64,000 bases of DNA, from contig NW_025964124.1 in assembly GCF_023055435.1 (NCBI RefSeq), positions 186,001 through 250,000 on the forward strand, in the 5' to 3' direction. Below are positions 20,771 to 33,667 of the stretch, piece by piece (position 1 is the stretch's first letter; every line of letters starts with the position of its first letter). The notes below the pieces were generated by a model. That model saw only the letters and a program-made list of their open reading frames with translations, searched no databases and was not told where the DNA came from. Position numbers and translations under genes: made by a program. This DNA comes from Haliotis rufescens (taxonomy: Eukaryota).

Positions 20771-23700
20771 TTGTTGTTAATGCTGGTGGCTTTGGAAGGT
20801 AGAGGTATTCGGGAGACAAGGGAATGAAAGATATCATTAATATCTACTGACTTTTTGGTAGAAAACTGGCCTTGGTTTCGATCATTTCACAATACCTCTT
20901 GGTTCTACATTTTCAGCAATTTGCATGGGGTCCAAAGAAGACAGAACGAGGAAGATGGACATCACAGGTATCAACAGATAATAATGAGTGTTAGAAACAT
21001 GATAAATAAAATCTATAATAATCTAACTCTTGCACATAATTGAACTCTCCCTGTAACTAATATACATTACGTCATATTTTTCTTTCATCAAACACTCTGC
21101 AGGCGGTTGAACATCTTCGCAACCAATTTCTTGAACACATGTATGACAAGGAAGGGAAGCTGATACGTGGGAAGATCTTGATATTTGGTCCTACCGGTGC
21201 TGGAAAGTCCTCCTTCTGTAATGGCCTGAGATCAGCACTGAAGGATTCTGCCAACTACTATGCCGTTGGTAATCTTGTCGAGTCACTTACTAGCAACGTA
21301 AGTATTTAACCGGGAACAAATCTGGAATAAGCTGAAACTTCATTTCACAAAAACCGGTTGTTAATATCTCAGAAACATATGCATACTAAGAAACCTCCTC
21401 TGTCGTCATCTATTGTTTTTCAGGTGACTTATTTTCACACACCGGTCTCTGAAGTTTTTAAAGTAAGGATCCCCAATGTTCATGATATATATTTTAACAC
21501 ACGTCATACTTACCTTCACATTCGCTGTAGATCTGGAAGCTGCTGAATTAGTTCACTAGAAACATTGCATCACTGGAAAGTCATTACCCCATTCTTTAAA
21601 ATAATAACCTATAATACACCCATAAACGTTTTCTTCAAACATTTCCTGATCCTTGAACTGGAACTCATGCACCACCTTCGTTAATATGTCTTAGCCTACT
21701 ACCAATTCCTACATGTCAGTGCCAAAACTTATTCTTTGTGATAAAAATGCTTCTGATTTGTCGGTTGACTACAAAGATTCAATAAAACTAATGTTTGTGT
21801 TGTACATTTCTTAAAAAAAATTGTTGCACGTTCATTTTTATCAGGAGAAATTTGTGTTGCATGTACATAATTGACTAGGTGCCAATGTCATTCATTGAAA
21901 TCCCAGTCATCACCTTATGTTTCCCCGTTAACCCAAACCAGTTTATTTTACAGTTCCACTCTACACAATATGGTGACCACTGGATTATTGACATGCCAGG
22001 AATATTTGAATCTAATGATTCAAAAAACGGAGAATATTGAAGCTATTGTATCCGGCAGGGTTCGCTTTGATGCCCAGGTAAGCACTGCACAGTACTATCA
22101 TCTTAAAGTTTTAGATATGGACAAAATAGAAATTGAAATATACATTTGTTAAATCATCATTCATGACCTACTGATTCATTTTTTTGTTTCAAGATTATAA
22201 AACGTCTTGATGTGACAGGCAACCTGCAAGAGGCACGAAGGGACGTGTCATGTGTTGTGCTGGTTCTCCACCATGGCATCACTGTGGGTGATGAATTGAA
22301 ACGTCAGATAGATGCTGTCATACGATTGGGGGGAGATGGCGGTAAGTTAAAACATTGGCACACCCTCAGGTCCTGAAACTAGTAAAACTGCCATGTGTAT
22401 TTTTGTGCCATTTTGAAACTGTGTGAATTAATTGAACTTAACAAAACTTTCAAGGTATTTTTCTCAGTGACTGCTGCTGCTGCTCCTGCTGCAATATTGC
22501 CAAACCGCAGGATTTGAATACTTCCAAAATACAACTGAAGAAAGCTCATGGCATATGAATAGGTCATTTAGAGTCTCAGCATCTTGAGTTGATGGTATAA
22601 TTTCCATATCATAAGCAGGCCTCCATGAATCACCATTAAATTGTGAAGAGACCAGGTGTTCTCGAAAAGGTGAGCGTGCCTTGGCCTACCAGTGGCACCC
22701 ATCAGAACACATGCAATGGCGAGTCGCAGCTCTGTAGTGTCTTCATGTTTGGGAATACACACTCTTGGATGAATATCTCTATCATACAGTGTGGTGGAAA
22801 GTGTTTTGTTAAGCGGATTCTTTATGCATAAATCGGAATATGAGACAAGCGAGGCGGTCTCTCTGATCTCCTTTATTTCCACTTCAGGTTATTTAATGTT
22901 ATGAGATGATAGATAACAATCTCCAACTGTATACAAAGAAGAAGAATGTAATACCTGATATACATAACAGTTCCCAAAAATATGAATATAGAGGACAATA
23001 TTCAGGATAATCACTTCTGAAATGACTTGTTTCTTTCATAAAACAGAATCCATGTATAGAAATGAGGCTATATATCAGGCCAAGGTCACTCCTTTCGAAA
23101 TGTGTAACCATAAACGATAATTGGGATATGCTTTAGGATGTGTGTTTTACGATCGCTATACAATAGTGACTTCAGTTATTTCGCCTGTACTGATTTAATG
23201 TATCTTGTTTCAGCTCTGTCCTACCACCTGGTGCTGACTCACCTGGATGAGTGTGACCCACAGTTCAAGGACCCAGATAACATCCCCAACCTGTACAATT
23301 CTCCTCTAGTACAGGAATCTGTGAAGAGCGTGTCAGAAGATACTGGCATTCCACCATACGCCATCAGTTACGTGAAGAAGTATGTGACAGAAACAGAAAC
23401 AGACACCAACACTAAGGTGCTTCACCTGAGAGCTCTTGACAGAATCCTCACCTCTGCAGCTGACCAAGTGGAGAAGATGATTGATTTAAAACTGCAGAAG
23501 AAGATGTATGAGGATGCCCCTGCTACTGAGGAGACACAGGCTGTATCTGAAGATAATGCTGAGCCGCTACAAGATGAATCAGTCAGCTGGGCCATCCCAG
23601 TGTTGATATCATCTGGGATATTTAGAATTGCATCAGTCTGAGGCATCATTTGAATAAAATTATTAAGGAGTGCAGAAACATGCGATGTCTCATGTCTATA

Positions 23701-24109
23701 TATTTGTCCTGTCTAATGCATGCTCATAAAGCAGATGTATAATGGTAGATTTTGCAATTACCGTCGTGCACATTAGAAAAGTTTATTGGTTTGAAGCCTG
23801 TGTTTGAGAACATCTTCATCATATTCTTATGATAGCATCGACAATTCCTTAAAGGCAAAATATTCAATACATTAGACAAGTCGAATTCCACTCCAGAAAT
23901 TTCCAGAAAAAAGTTCGTCCTTAATTTCGCCAGTTGGAATATGTTGCATTCGTGTTCGGCTCCACAGGAGCCACGAGTTTCATTAAATGCGAATATGTAT
24001 TAATAATAATTTATTCTGATTATCTTATGAAATAGCGGGACGTTTTTGAAATATTATCGTTTCTTAAACACTTTCCATCAAAGCGGAAAACAAATGATAA
24101 AACAAAAAT

Positions 24110-24230
24110 TGGTGGTGGAGTAAAAGCGCTAGCTCCAAACGCTGAAGACCTGGGTTCGATTCCAAAATATAGGTACAATGTGTGAAGCCTATTTCTGGTG
24201 TTCCCGCCGTGATATTTCTGATATTGTGAA
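24110..24230 (+). mobile_element. SINE family 2, degenerate
   Basis: GAAGACCTGGGTTCGATTCC...GGTACAATGTGTGAAGCCTATTTCTGGTGTTCCCGCCGTGATAT. Confidence 0.75.
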
Positions 24231-24744
24231 AGACCCGAAGATAATTTTTTACATTTTGTATGCTATTTGAGCAGTATCTTTCCTATTGAACAATGGAATA
24301 CATAATTTACCATAAATGTGTCAAAAAAACATGAACCATGCTCCTGTATTGTGCCTGCTAACGACTCTGTACTCTTGTGATGGGGTTATATGTTGTGGCG
24401 GGAAGCTCTGGACGAACTGGTCTTTTATTACTTTTCATAAGTGACGCACGTTGTAGACAAATTTGCAGGGCTTATTTCATCTGTAAATTCAGTCTTACAG
24501 GTTTTAGTCAACATTTGATTCATTATGGTAAATATATGTTTAGTGTCAAGTGTTAAACATGTTTTTATTCAGTCACCTGGAATATAACATATTCCAGGAC
24601 TCACTTGGCTTCTCTACTGATCTTTAAATTTGTCCAGACACAATAGGTAAAATGACTTTATGAAAAACATCTCTTATTTAGGATTGCCTATCAAACAATA
24701 TGAAAAAATGTGTTAACGTAAAATTCTCGACTTCTCAAAACGAA

Positions 24745-24880
24745 CTGACATCAATAATGACGTGAAAACCCACTTTTGCCACTATATAGTGCTGTGCACA
24801 TGATTTTGACGTGGCCATTTCTGTTTAAATACACAATAAGGGCCGACAATGATAACTGGTCAAAATGTTAAAGGTTTCTT
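24745..24880 (-). mobile_element. Non-coding fragment of the Tc1 family at 58510-60004
   Basis: CACTTTTGCCACTATA...GTGCTGTGCACATGATTTTGA...TTTAAATACACAATAAGGG shared with 59894-60004 and 15094-15140. Confidence 0.75.
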
Positions 24881-25179
24881 AAAAAGGTTTTTACACATGC
24901 TTTATATTCACTATTAATGAATACTTAGGTATATATGTTACACACTCAACAGTAACACTTCGTTATATAGCTTGAATTTGCAATCTAAAACGGACCATCA
25001 AAAGCATTTGGCGATTACTTAAGATAATGAGGTAGCCAGTCACGTGATTTGTGTGACGTCATACCGGACAGTTGTAGCATCGAAACACACAAGTTGCGCA
25101 ACGGTGCCGCGCCGAATCGCTCTCGGAAATCTTCTTTTATCTTCACCAATAATTCGACCCACAAGGTCAAAACTGGATT

Positions 25180-25348
25180 TGGAAGGTCTACCCCATACAG
25201 ATACTGACATAGAAGTACAACCTTTTCAATTTGAACAAATTTCTGGCAGCAAGAACGACCAGAATACTGACGACGATTCCAGCAGTTCACAAGAAAACAG
25301 TGACGATCCCGATCTCGACGATGTTTTGAATAGGCCTCACACAGACTG
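25180..25348 (+). pseudogene. Exon-1-like remnant of a P2X7 C-terminal-like Cys-rich protein (Kolobok-associated)
   Basis: DIEVQPFQFEQ...acidic tract...LNRPHTDW ending at TG|GTATGC, resembling the QPYxFEP...NTDW|CxCxxC opening of that family; downstream exons not found. Confidence 0.5.
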
Positions 25349-25899
25349 GTATGCTAGTAATTAGCGTGCCATATATTCAGGAAAACAGATTAAATATGGA
25401 ATAAATCTTTCAGCTGTCACGGTAAAATGTGTAGTCACAATTACCGCAATGTTAGACCAATAATAATATGCGAAGCCACGCCTATATATGTGACAGTAAA
25501 TGCTCAAATCGCGAGTTACAAGTAAATCGTTTCAATATAATTTGTCAGACTTTTCACCTTAATTATTAAATGTGTTATAAAACTTCTTCTGACTAAATAT
25601 ACCCAACAGAAGGATCGAATATGAGGATCAACCTTTCTGTGAAATACCATTACGTATGTAACAATACACGTACACTAGCACAGTACCCTAAATTCGTAAG
25701 TGTAACATTATCAATGTTGCCGGTGCATCGAAGTTCAATTTTATAACACATTCAATCTCCATAGACGTCCCATTTTTGAAAATGTATATTCCACAATAAC
25801 TATCACAACAGCTTACCAATAGCTAGACGTCTGTTTGGAGATTGTTGTACTTTCCCTCTTCTATGGTAGTAAAGAAAACATGCCTCAGTCTTTGTTAAG

Positions 25900-27960
25900 T
25901 TAAAGAGATAACAGATATATTTGAGCATAACACTATCATTAATACAGTTTTAAAACACGGGCTAGAGGCCACCAGTAACCAACACTAGACCACCTCGCTG
26001 GGGATCATGGGGACTTACAGTGCCTCTGCTTCCTGCATGATACCCAGCAGTATTTAAGTCATCACTTTAGCCACAGGGGGTTGAGCACAATGCCAGCCAA
26101 TATTAAGAAAAACCTCGGAATTGAGTTGGCTTAAAAAAACTGGTTGATGATAGTTAAATCGATTATGATTATATTTCGTGTCACACAGGGGGAGAATAAT
26201 TTTATGATACTTTAACCCCCTGGACAGAGCCTTCAATAATGTCAGTTGATAATAACATCACACCAAATTTAAAAACAAGCATCTAATTATTTGCATTCAT
26301 ATTTAAAATCTATTTTACAGACCAATTTGGATTAGTTTCTGACTTTTTTAGATGGGTTTGAGGGAGGTATACTTCAGGCTTCGCCATCTGCCAGGGAAAA
26401 GGATAAGGTGATGTGTTATCAAGATTAATTTTAGCTGCAGTGATGTGTGGTTGAATTCTGTTTCCAAGTGGTGGAATCAAGTTTGCACAAATGTTTAAAC
26501 AGGTTTTCATATTGAGGGTGGAAAACACAATCACATGCTGGATTTGATTTACTTGAGTACAATTTAGTAACGTATAGCAGTGAAAGTTTGATGCGGAGCT
26601 GTTCGAGTATAGGTGCATCAGCTCCCACATACAAACTGTCCACGTGAGAAGTCCTAAAAGCTTGAAGACAGAGCCCTAAGCCTTGATGGCTTTATAGTGT
26701 CCAATTTTTCTAAATTGCTTTTGCAGGCTCCACCATAGACAATGAAACCATAGTGTAGTTTTAGCTTATTAACGATCTGTAATGTGAAACAACTATTAAC
26801 AAGTAGAGATCCTTCAGGCACTTTGCCTTGATATATTTGATGTGTGGTAACAATGTCAGATGACGGTCAAATATGAGGCTTAGGAATTTGGCCCCTTCTA
26901 CTACTTTGATAGGAGTACCATCTAAATATAAATCTGGATCCCTGTGAGGTATATATTTACGACAATAGTGGATACAGTTTGTTTTAGATTTAAAAAACAA
27001 ATTTGAAGCCGTTTTCGTTCGCAAATTTTTGAATTTTGTTAAGACAGAGCTGTAGCTTCTTTCTATTGTATTCTTACCACGACAAGAAATGTTGAAATCA
27101 TCCAGTAAAAGTGAACCATCAACGCTATTGTTTAATACTTTAGACTATTGATTTCGAGGCTGAAAAGTGTGACTAATAATATATTGCCTTGAGGGAAATG
27201 ATCTGACAGGGTAGAGCCCATTCGTACTTGAAATTATCTGTTGTTTAATAATTGAGATATGAACTGAGGTAATCTGCCCTGCAACTCTGTTAAAATACAA
27301 TATTTCCACGTTACATATCACATGCCTTCTCTAGATCTAAAAATATTGATGCAGTGTGCGTTTGTAGACAATGGAATTTTAAATAAATGATTCTAAACGC
27401 ACCAAATGGTCCATGCTTTTTCTGTTTTTTCGGAAACGACACTGGATGTCACTGAATAGGTTATCGGTCTCAAGTACCAGACTAATCAATTGTTAACAAT
27501 GTGCTCCATGGTTTTACAAACTTAGCTAGATAATCATATTGTAGGTAATTGGATGAATCTGTATTATCCTGTCCAGGCTTTGAAATAGGAATAATAATAG
27601 CATTGTGCCACGAAGGAGGAACATTTCTGGTTGTCCATATCTCATGAAATATATTAAGTAACGTTTCCAAACGTGAATCGGGCAAGTGTTTCAGGAGCAC
27701 ATAGAGGATGTTGTCGGCTCCTGCTGCAGTGTCATGAGGCAGTATATAATTCATGGAGTGAAAATGTTTCATTGTAGTCCTCACCATTATCAGAGTTAAA
27801 AATAACTTTTTGTCTTTTCCTGCTTTTTTTGAAAACTCTGAAATTGAGGATAATAGTTTGATGATGACGAATGGTTTGACGAAGTGTCACCAAGTATTTT
27901 GGCAATTTCGGATTTAGTAGTTAAAAGTGTATTACCATCTCTGAGATGGTGAGGTGAAAT
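25900..27960 (-). mobile_element. Degenerate I/Nimb-clade LINE (RT region and 3' UTR)
   Basis: HDTAAGADNILYVLLKHLP...PPSWHNAIIIPISKPGQD; AKFLSLIFDRHLTLLPHIKYIKAKC; SLYVGADAPILEQLRIKLSLLY; 3' UTR GGGA(T/C)CATGGGGACTTAC shared with 60250-60305. Confidence 0.85.
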
Positions 27961-28009
27961 GGGGTTTAACCTCCAAGGTTATTGCACTTATATAGTGACG
28001 TGCATGCCC

Positions 28010-28232
28010 ATGTGTGTGTTGCTGCTTGTACCAGTCCGGACTGATGCTGATGCTGATTTATAGTGCTATCTCACTAAGATACCATGCCGCAGTTTATCTT
28101 GAATACCAAACTCAAACACAGAATACTGACTCTGACCCGACCAGTCCTTGTTTTAGACCCTTAATGCCGGGCGCCAGACAGGATAACAACAAGTACCATT
28201 TGTTAACATCTTTTGGTATGATGCGACCTGTT
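28010..28232 (-). mobile_element. SINE family 4 fragment (Meta-domain-like)
   Basis: TTTATAGTGCTATCTCACT...ATACTGACTCTGACCCGACCAGTCCTTG...TTTTGGTATGATGCGACC resembles the reverse strand of molluscan Meta-domain SINEs (recalled, not searched). Confidence 0.55.
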
Positions 28233-30740
28233 CACTAATCTTCCAGTGTCTGCCCCAGTTCAGATATATCACTGCACTGAAGCTCGATGTGTGAATAAAG
28301 CCCAAAATAATGCAGGTCTTAATGTTTATTACTCAGGTGAAACACACAACCATGGGTATGGTCCATCGTCATAGTATTCTCCGAGACGTGACTGGTGAAC
28401 ATGGTTTACAACAAATAATCATGCAGATAAACATCTAGCAAAAGTTGATCAGTTCTAGGCGTAAAGGAGATCATAATAGTTTGAGTGCGATTTGCACACC
28501 TTACTCGTGTTTGAATAGCAGACTATCAATGAAAACAACATTCCTGAAAGCCTAACAACTGCACCAGACACCATCTACTTATTCTTTTATGATCAAAGTG
28601 AAAAGTTCAATGCACAGCTGTGGAAAATGCATGTCCCTTTTGTTATCAACAATGAATATATTTTACCAATGCTGAATGTAAAGTGTAACGTGTATTAATT
28701 TTATGGCGTATTTTAAGGGTCTGCTTGTGGCATATTATATTGTGTCTCTACACAGAGAGAAACTCAAGTTGGTGGATTCAACCACGTGTTTCTCACGTCC
28801 TCGCAGTGCAAATGTCAACTTTTGTTTGCTATACAGGTGAATATTTGACGAGGCACATTCAAATTCTTTTCCAATCAAATCCCTTTTAAATCGGTCATTA
28901 TAAATCAATTGCTAGTAATGGTCGCATTATAATGTTGGTATTGAAATGACAAGGCAAAGGAGTAAACAACTATAATGAGAACTTGCGCACCTGTTGATAT
29001 TGAAGACAGAAGTATACAGAACATTGTTGATGTCTTAACAACTGCATCTGCCAACCACCTGCACAACATCTAAAGATTGTGGTGAACATGTGATAGGCTT
29101 AAACAAGTGAATTGTGATCAACATACAAGACCATTGTCACTCGACCTGTATTTCTCCATTAAAAATATTTTGCCAATAGAAGACTTTCAAAGATTCACAA
29201 GGACGTATGCACGTCCGTCCAGTAGCCAGTATGTGTGATTAGCTGTGTGTGCCGAGTAACGGGAATATCCCTAGCCCATGCTGTATATTCAGAGGCGCCC
29301 CTGTATTAGTCATGTGTTTTCTTTTATCTTGAGTAACTGGTAGCACAATACTAAAACATAACCTTTAGCATGCATTTACTTATTCTTCATATGAATGTAC
29401 CTTGTGTATGCGAGTGAATTTGACTGAAATGTGCATTGGATGTTTCACCACCCGAAATGAGAGCAAGGCGATATTAATGACTTCCTAGATGTTTAACAGG
29501 TAGGGGTTAGCAGGTATAATTCATGACATTGCAAATTTAATAATCAGCGCCTAATCACCTCATGTAAACATCAACACTTAAACTTCAAGTCATGCTTAAA
29601 TTATTATTCATATCAGTAACAAACTGGAATTTAGCCGCGATATCTGTATTAAGGCGTTAGTTTCTAAGAAATTTAAATGTATCCTCTACATGCAGTTATA
29701 ACAGGAAAAGGAAAATAGATATAAAACAGGCAAACGAATTCTTGACACCAGGACGTGGCGAATTTATATTTAGGTCTATATGTGATCTAGTTGGCAAATA
29801 GGTGCCTCACTCTAAGATGGGGCTCACCCCAAACAAAGGACAATAATTTGGAAATTACTAAGCAAATGTCATTCTTAACAACTTTGCACGAAGACCTTGC
29901 ATAATGTAACACTGATCAAACAACTGTAAAGACACCAAAGGCTGGACTGCTGTAGGCTTGACATAAAGGGAAAGTTGACTATTGTTTCCCTCTTGTAATG
30001 CTGTCTTGTGGAGCGATTTTCTGGGAAATACCACTATTGAAGAAACCATTAATACTCCCTTCGCCCTAAAACGCACGCACGCATATATATATATATATAT
30101 ATACTCACACGCAAAAGAAGCGCAAGTGGTTTAAGGCAAATAGGTTACAAACACGAAACCATAAAATGATACGAGTTTTAGCATGTAGTGAAGCCTGATG
30201 GTGTTATCAATATATTTGGTTGCATTTTGGAAGCCCTGAGTAAAAACGCAACATAAAAAAAGAATCGCCAAAACGCACCATTTCAATGAATATGTGGGTA
30301 GCATGCACACATTTCTCGCGAAATCGAAAATTCGCGAACTGGAGAGTATGTCCAAGATGTTGCCTGTCATTTCAATGTTAACATAACCAGGATTTACCGT
30401 CTCCTGCATCGATACAATGCTACACAGACCCCACAGGTGACCTTCCTCGGAGCGGTCGTCCTAGGGTCACCACACCTCGACAAGATCGGCAGATTACCCA
30501 TCAAGATCAGCGACATCCGTTTCTAACTGCAAGTGAAAGTGCTCGACAGACCATAGGAACACATAACTGACACATTAGCCGAGACAACCTCAGCACGTCG
30601 TCCTGTTCTCCAACCACAGCATCGAGAAGCACGACTTCAGTGGGCATAGGGTCATCACAATTGGCGTCATCGTGAGTGGAGGCGTGTCATCTTCTCTGAT
30701 GAAAGTCGCGTGTGTGTCTCCCATGCAGACGGAAGAGTCA

Positions 30741-33667
30741 ATTAGTTTATTCATATATAACTGTAAGGCAACATGCCCATAGTACAGAATACATGACAAT
30801 GTGGAAGCGGTTAGGAATGTTACAAGGATTCATTTCTTAATAACATGGCATGATATATAAAGAGAGAGAGATTTTGTATAGCCGTTTTGCTCACATGTGA
30901 AATTAAAGAGATAAACTTGTATTTATTTGGACGTACATAGTATTTCTGTTCAATATATTTTTTCCTTAAATTATCATATTTACAACATACAAGTAGAAAA
31001 TGAAATTCATCTTCGACAACATTTAAAGACCATTGTTTACCTAATCTTAAACATTTGGGTATTTTGTTGTGCCTGCCAACTTCAACCATTAAGCTGTGTG
31101 AGCTGCATCTAAATTGTGTTAATGATATTCTGCATTTTCTTATATTTACATCAGTTAAATATTTTTCTGCGCATATTTGCATTTTAAAATATCTATAATA
31201 TTTGCTAGAAACATCTACAGTAGATCTCCATGTTTGAAAGTACATGTCAAAAAGCGTCTGCCTTATTTTCGATATGAACATGGCATGATTCTCTAAGAAA
31301 CATTGGTTTTCCCAGATGTAACCATACCCACATTTATACAGTAGACATTTAAAATTGAATGCCCAATTTTGATCTCCATTCTTTTCATACAATAGCATCA
31401 TATTATAACATTTTTTTGGCAATCTACTTACTGGCATTTTTAGTAATTTTAACCAGTATCTTATGATTTTTAAGTAGTGATATATATACAAGGGCATGCG
31501 AATACATTCACCATAAACCATTACGTTAGACGTACTATGTTTAACACCAAGAAATCTTTTGCGTGCGTATAAATGTACGGATTCAATTTCTTTAGCCTCT
31601 GCAAAACTCCATATTTCTGAACCATAGGAAAGAATAGGAGCTATTTTTGTGTTAAAGATTTTGAAAAAAGATTTATAAGCACACTCGCTAAAATGCTCAA
31701 ACGTTTGTAAAATGCCCAATAGCATCTTTTTAGCTTGGATTGCTGCAATACATATATGTCGATTCCATGATAATTTACTTGAAAATATTACACCAAGATA
31801 TTTATATGAGGTTTCAGTTTGGAGTAATTGTCCCCCAAAGTACCACTTTTCGTTTTTTGACAGCGTATTTCCTTTGCTAAATACAACAATTTTTGTCTTA
31901 TCTAGATTAACATTAAGTTTCAACGTATCACAGTATAATTCTAGCTGATTTATCAAAGTTTGTAAACCTTTTACAGTACTCGAGAACATGATTATATCAT
32001 CTGCAAATAGTAACATAAATATTTTTATAAGTTCAGGATGTAATTGTATACCATCATCATAATTTCTTTTGATTTGGGCTGCAAGCTCATTAATAAAAAA
32101 ACAGAACAAAAAAGGGCTTCATACACATCCTTGGCGTACACCAGTATGACATATAAAAGAATCTGAATACATGCCGTTTTGTTTAACACATGATTTAACT
32201 TCCTTATAAATACCACATAACAATTTACAATAACAATAACCCGGGGGCACGGGTGGCCCAGTCGTCTAAGGCGCCGCGATTCGCTGTGCAGAGTTGCGTC
32301 CCTTGGGCACGCCAGAAACCTATGATTGTGGGTTCGAATCCCGGTTCGCCCCGATTATGTTTCTAGGTTTGTCAGCATCATACCCTTGCTCGTGGGTTTC
32401 ACCGAAGTGGTAAACGTCTTAGACCTGCATCACTTCGGGCTTTCCTCCCACATTAAGCTGACACGCCGTGATATAACTGGAATAATGTTAAAAGCGGCGT
32501 TAAACCCAACTCACTCACTCACTCACTAACAATTTACCCATTTTATTACTGACACCATGCGAATTAAATAGATACCATAACTTATCTCTACAGACTGAAT
32601 CGAATGCTTTCGAAAAATCTACAAATATAGGATACAATTTTCCACGTTTACGTTGAATATACCTATCTATAAGAGCCTGGAGAATAAACATATTATCAGT
32701 GGTTGAGTAACCTTGTCAAAAACCTGCCTGCTCTTCCTCAATCTTATCAAGTGCTTCCGACCACAATACCAAGCGTTTATTAATAATGCTAAGAAATATC
32801 TTACTGAAAATACTGGTAAGTGTAATCCCCCTATAGTTTTCAACATCAGTCACTGAGCCTTTTTTTGTGAATTGGAACGATAGTTCCAAGTGTCCAACCT
32901 TTTGGAAAGTAAGAGGTATCCATTATTGTATTGAATAATATTTCCAAATACGACAGGGTATTATCAAGAGAGTATTTAAAGAATTCTGTTATAAGTTTAT
33001 CAAATCCCGGGCTTTTCAAGTTTTTCAGATTTTGAATAACAGATTTAATTTCTTCTTTTGAGATTGGGGAATCTAATATTTCCGTTGTAAAATTGATTTC
33101 ATCATTATCAAAAGAGTTCAACTGGAAGTTATTTGTGGAATCATCACCGCTGAAAAGATTTTTGAAGTAATTAAACCACTCATGCATTTCTATGTTACTT
33201 TTAGTTTCCTTCTTTTTGCTGATGTTTTTCAAGGTCGTCCAAAACTGTTTTGATGAGCTGATACTTTCTTCTAGTTTTTCTCTGCTTCTATTCATGAAAT
33301 TTTGTTTCTTTTTTCTGCAAGTAGCTTTATACTTATTTTTCGAATCAGTGTACTTAGCAAGTGAGTCTTTATCCTTTAATTTTCTGAAATGGTTTAAAAG
33401 AGTGCATCTTTCCTTTTTTAACAACTCACATTCCCAGTCAAACCACTGTTTACTTTCTCTGTTAGGGGTTACTTACCTTTTCATTACATTGTAAAAGCTT
33501 CTGTAAATAACGATACGCTTTCATCAACATTTGTAAAAACAGAATCAATAACTTCTCTTAGGAGGCATGCAAAGGTGTCTGATAACAATCGTTCTTGGAA
33601 AATATCTGCTTTGCTGTTATCCCACTTAAACATTGAATGACTATGGTAGGCGTTTTCAAATGATGAA
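30741..33667 (-). mobile_element. 5'-truncated non-LTR retrotransposon (RTE-X/CR1-like, clade uncertain)
   Basis: RT motifs KSPGFD, LLFADD, YKYLGV and C-terminal SSHSLMVEVGR...VEDEFHFLLVC; 9-bp target-site duplication GAAGAGTCA at 30732-30740 and 33668-33676; several frameshifts. Confidence 0.92.
32243..32527 (+). mobile_element. SINE family 1, best-preserved copy, inserted in the LINE
   Basis: Complete head GGGGGCACGGGTGGCCCAGTCGTCTAAGGCG...GGTTCGAATCCCGGTTCGCCCC, (ACTC)n tail, TAACAATTTAC on both sides. Confidence 0.93.

Larger units (their letters stand above)
19380..23641 (+). pseudogene. IFI44: IFI44-like (interferon-induced protein 44 family) P-loop GTPase with N-terminal coiled-coil repeats; frameshifted
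   Basis: Exons 19380-20086, 20917-20967, 21103-21297 (KILIFGPTGAGKSSFCN, Walker A), 21954-22077 (IIDMPG, DxxG), 22194-22341 (DVSCVVLVL), 23214-23641 (LVLTHLD...TGIPPYAISYVKKY...LRALDRILTSAAD), matching IFI44 motif order. Frame breaks at ~19500, ~19893, ~19950, ~20003 and +1 in the A6 run at 22022-22027. AATAAA at ~23653. 5' exons not identified. Confidence 0.85.

Noticed and set aside
32243-32352. Functional tRNA genes at SINE heads
   Set aside because: All are followed by SINE body and (ACTC)n tail, several have TSDs, and none shows a canonical anticodon arm.
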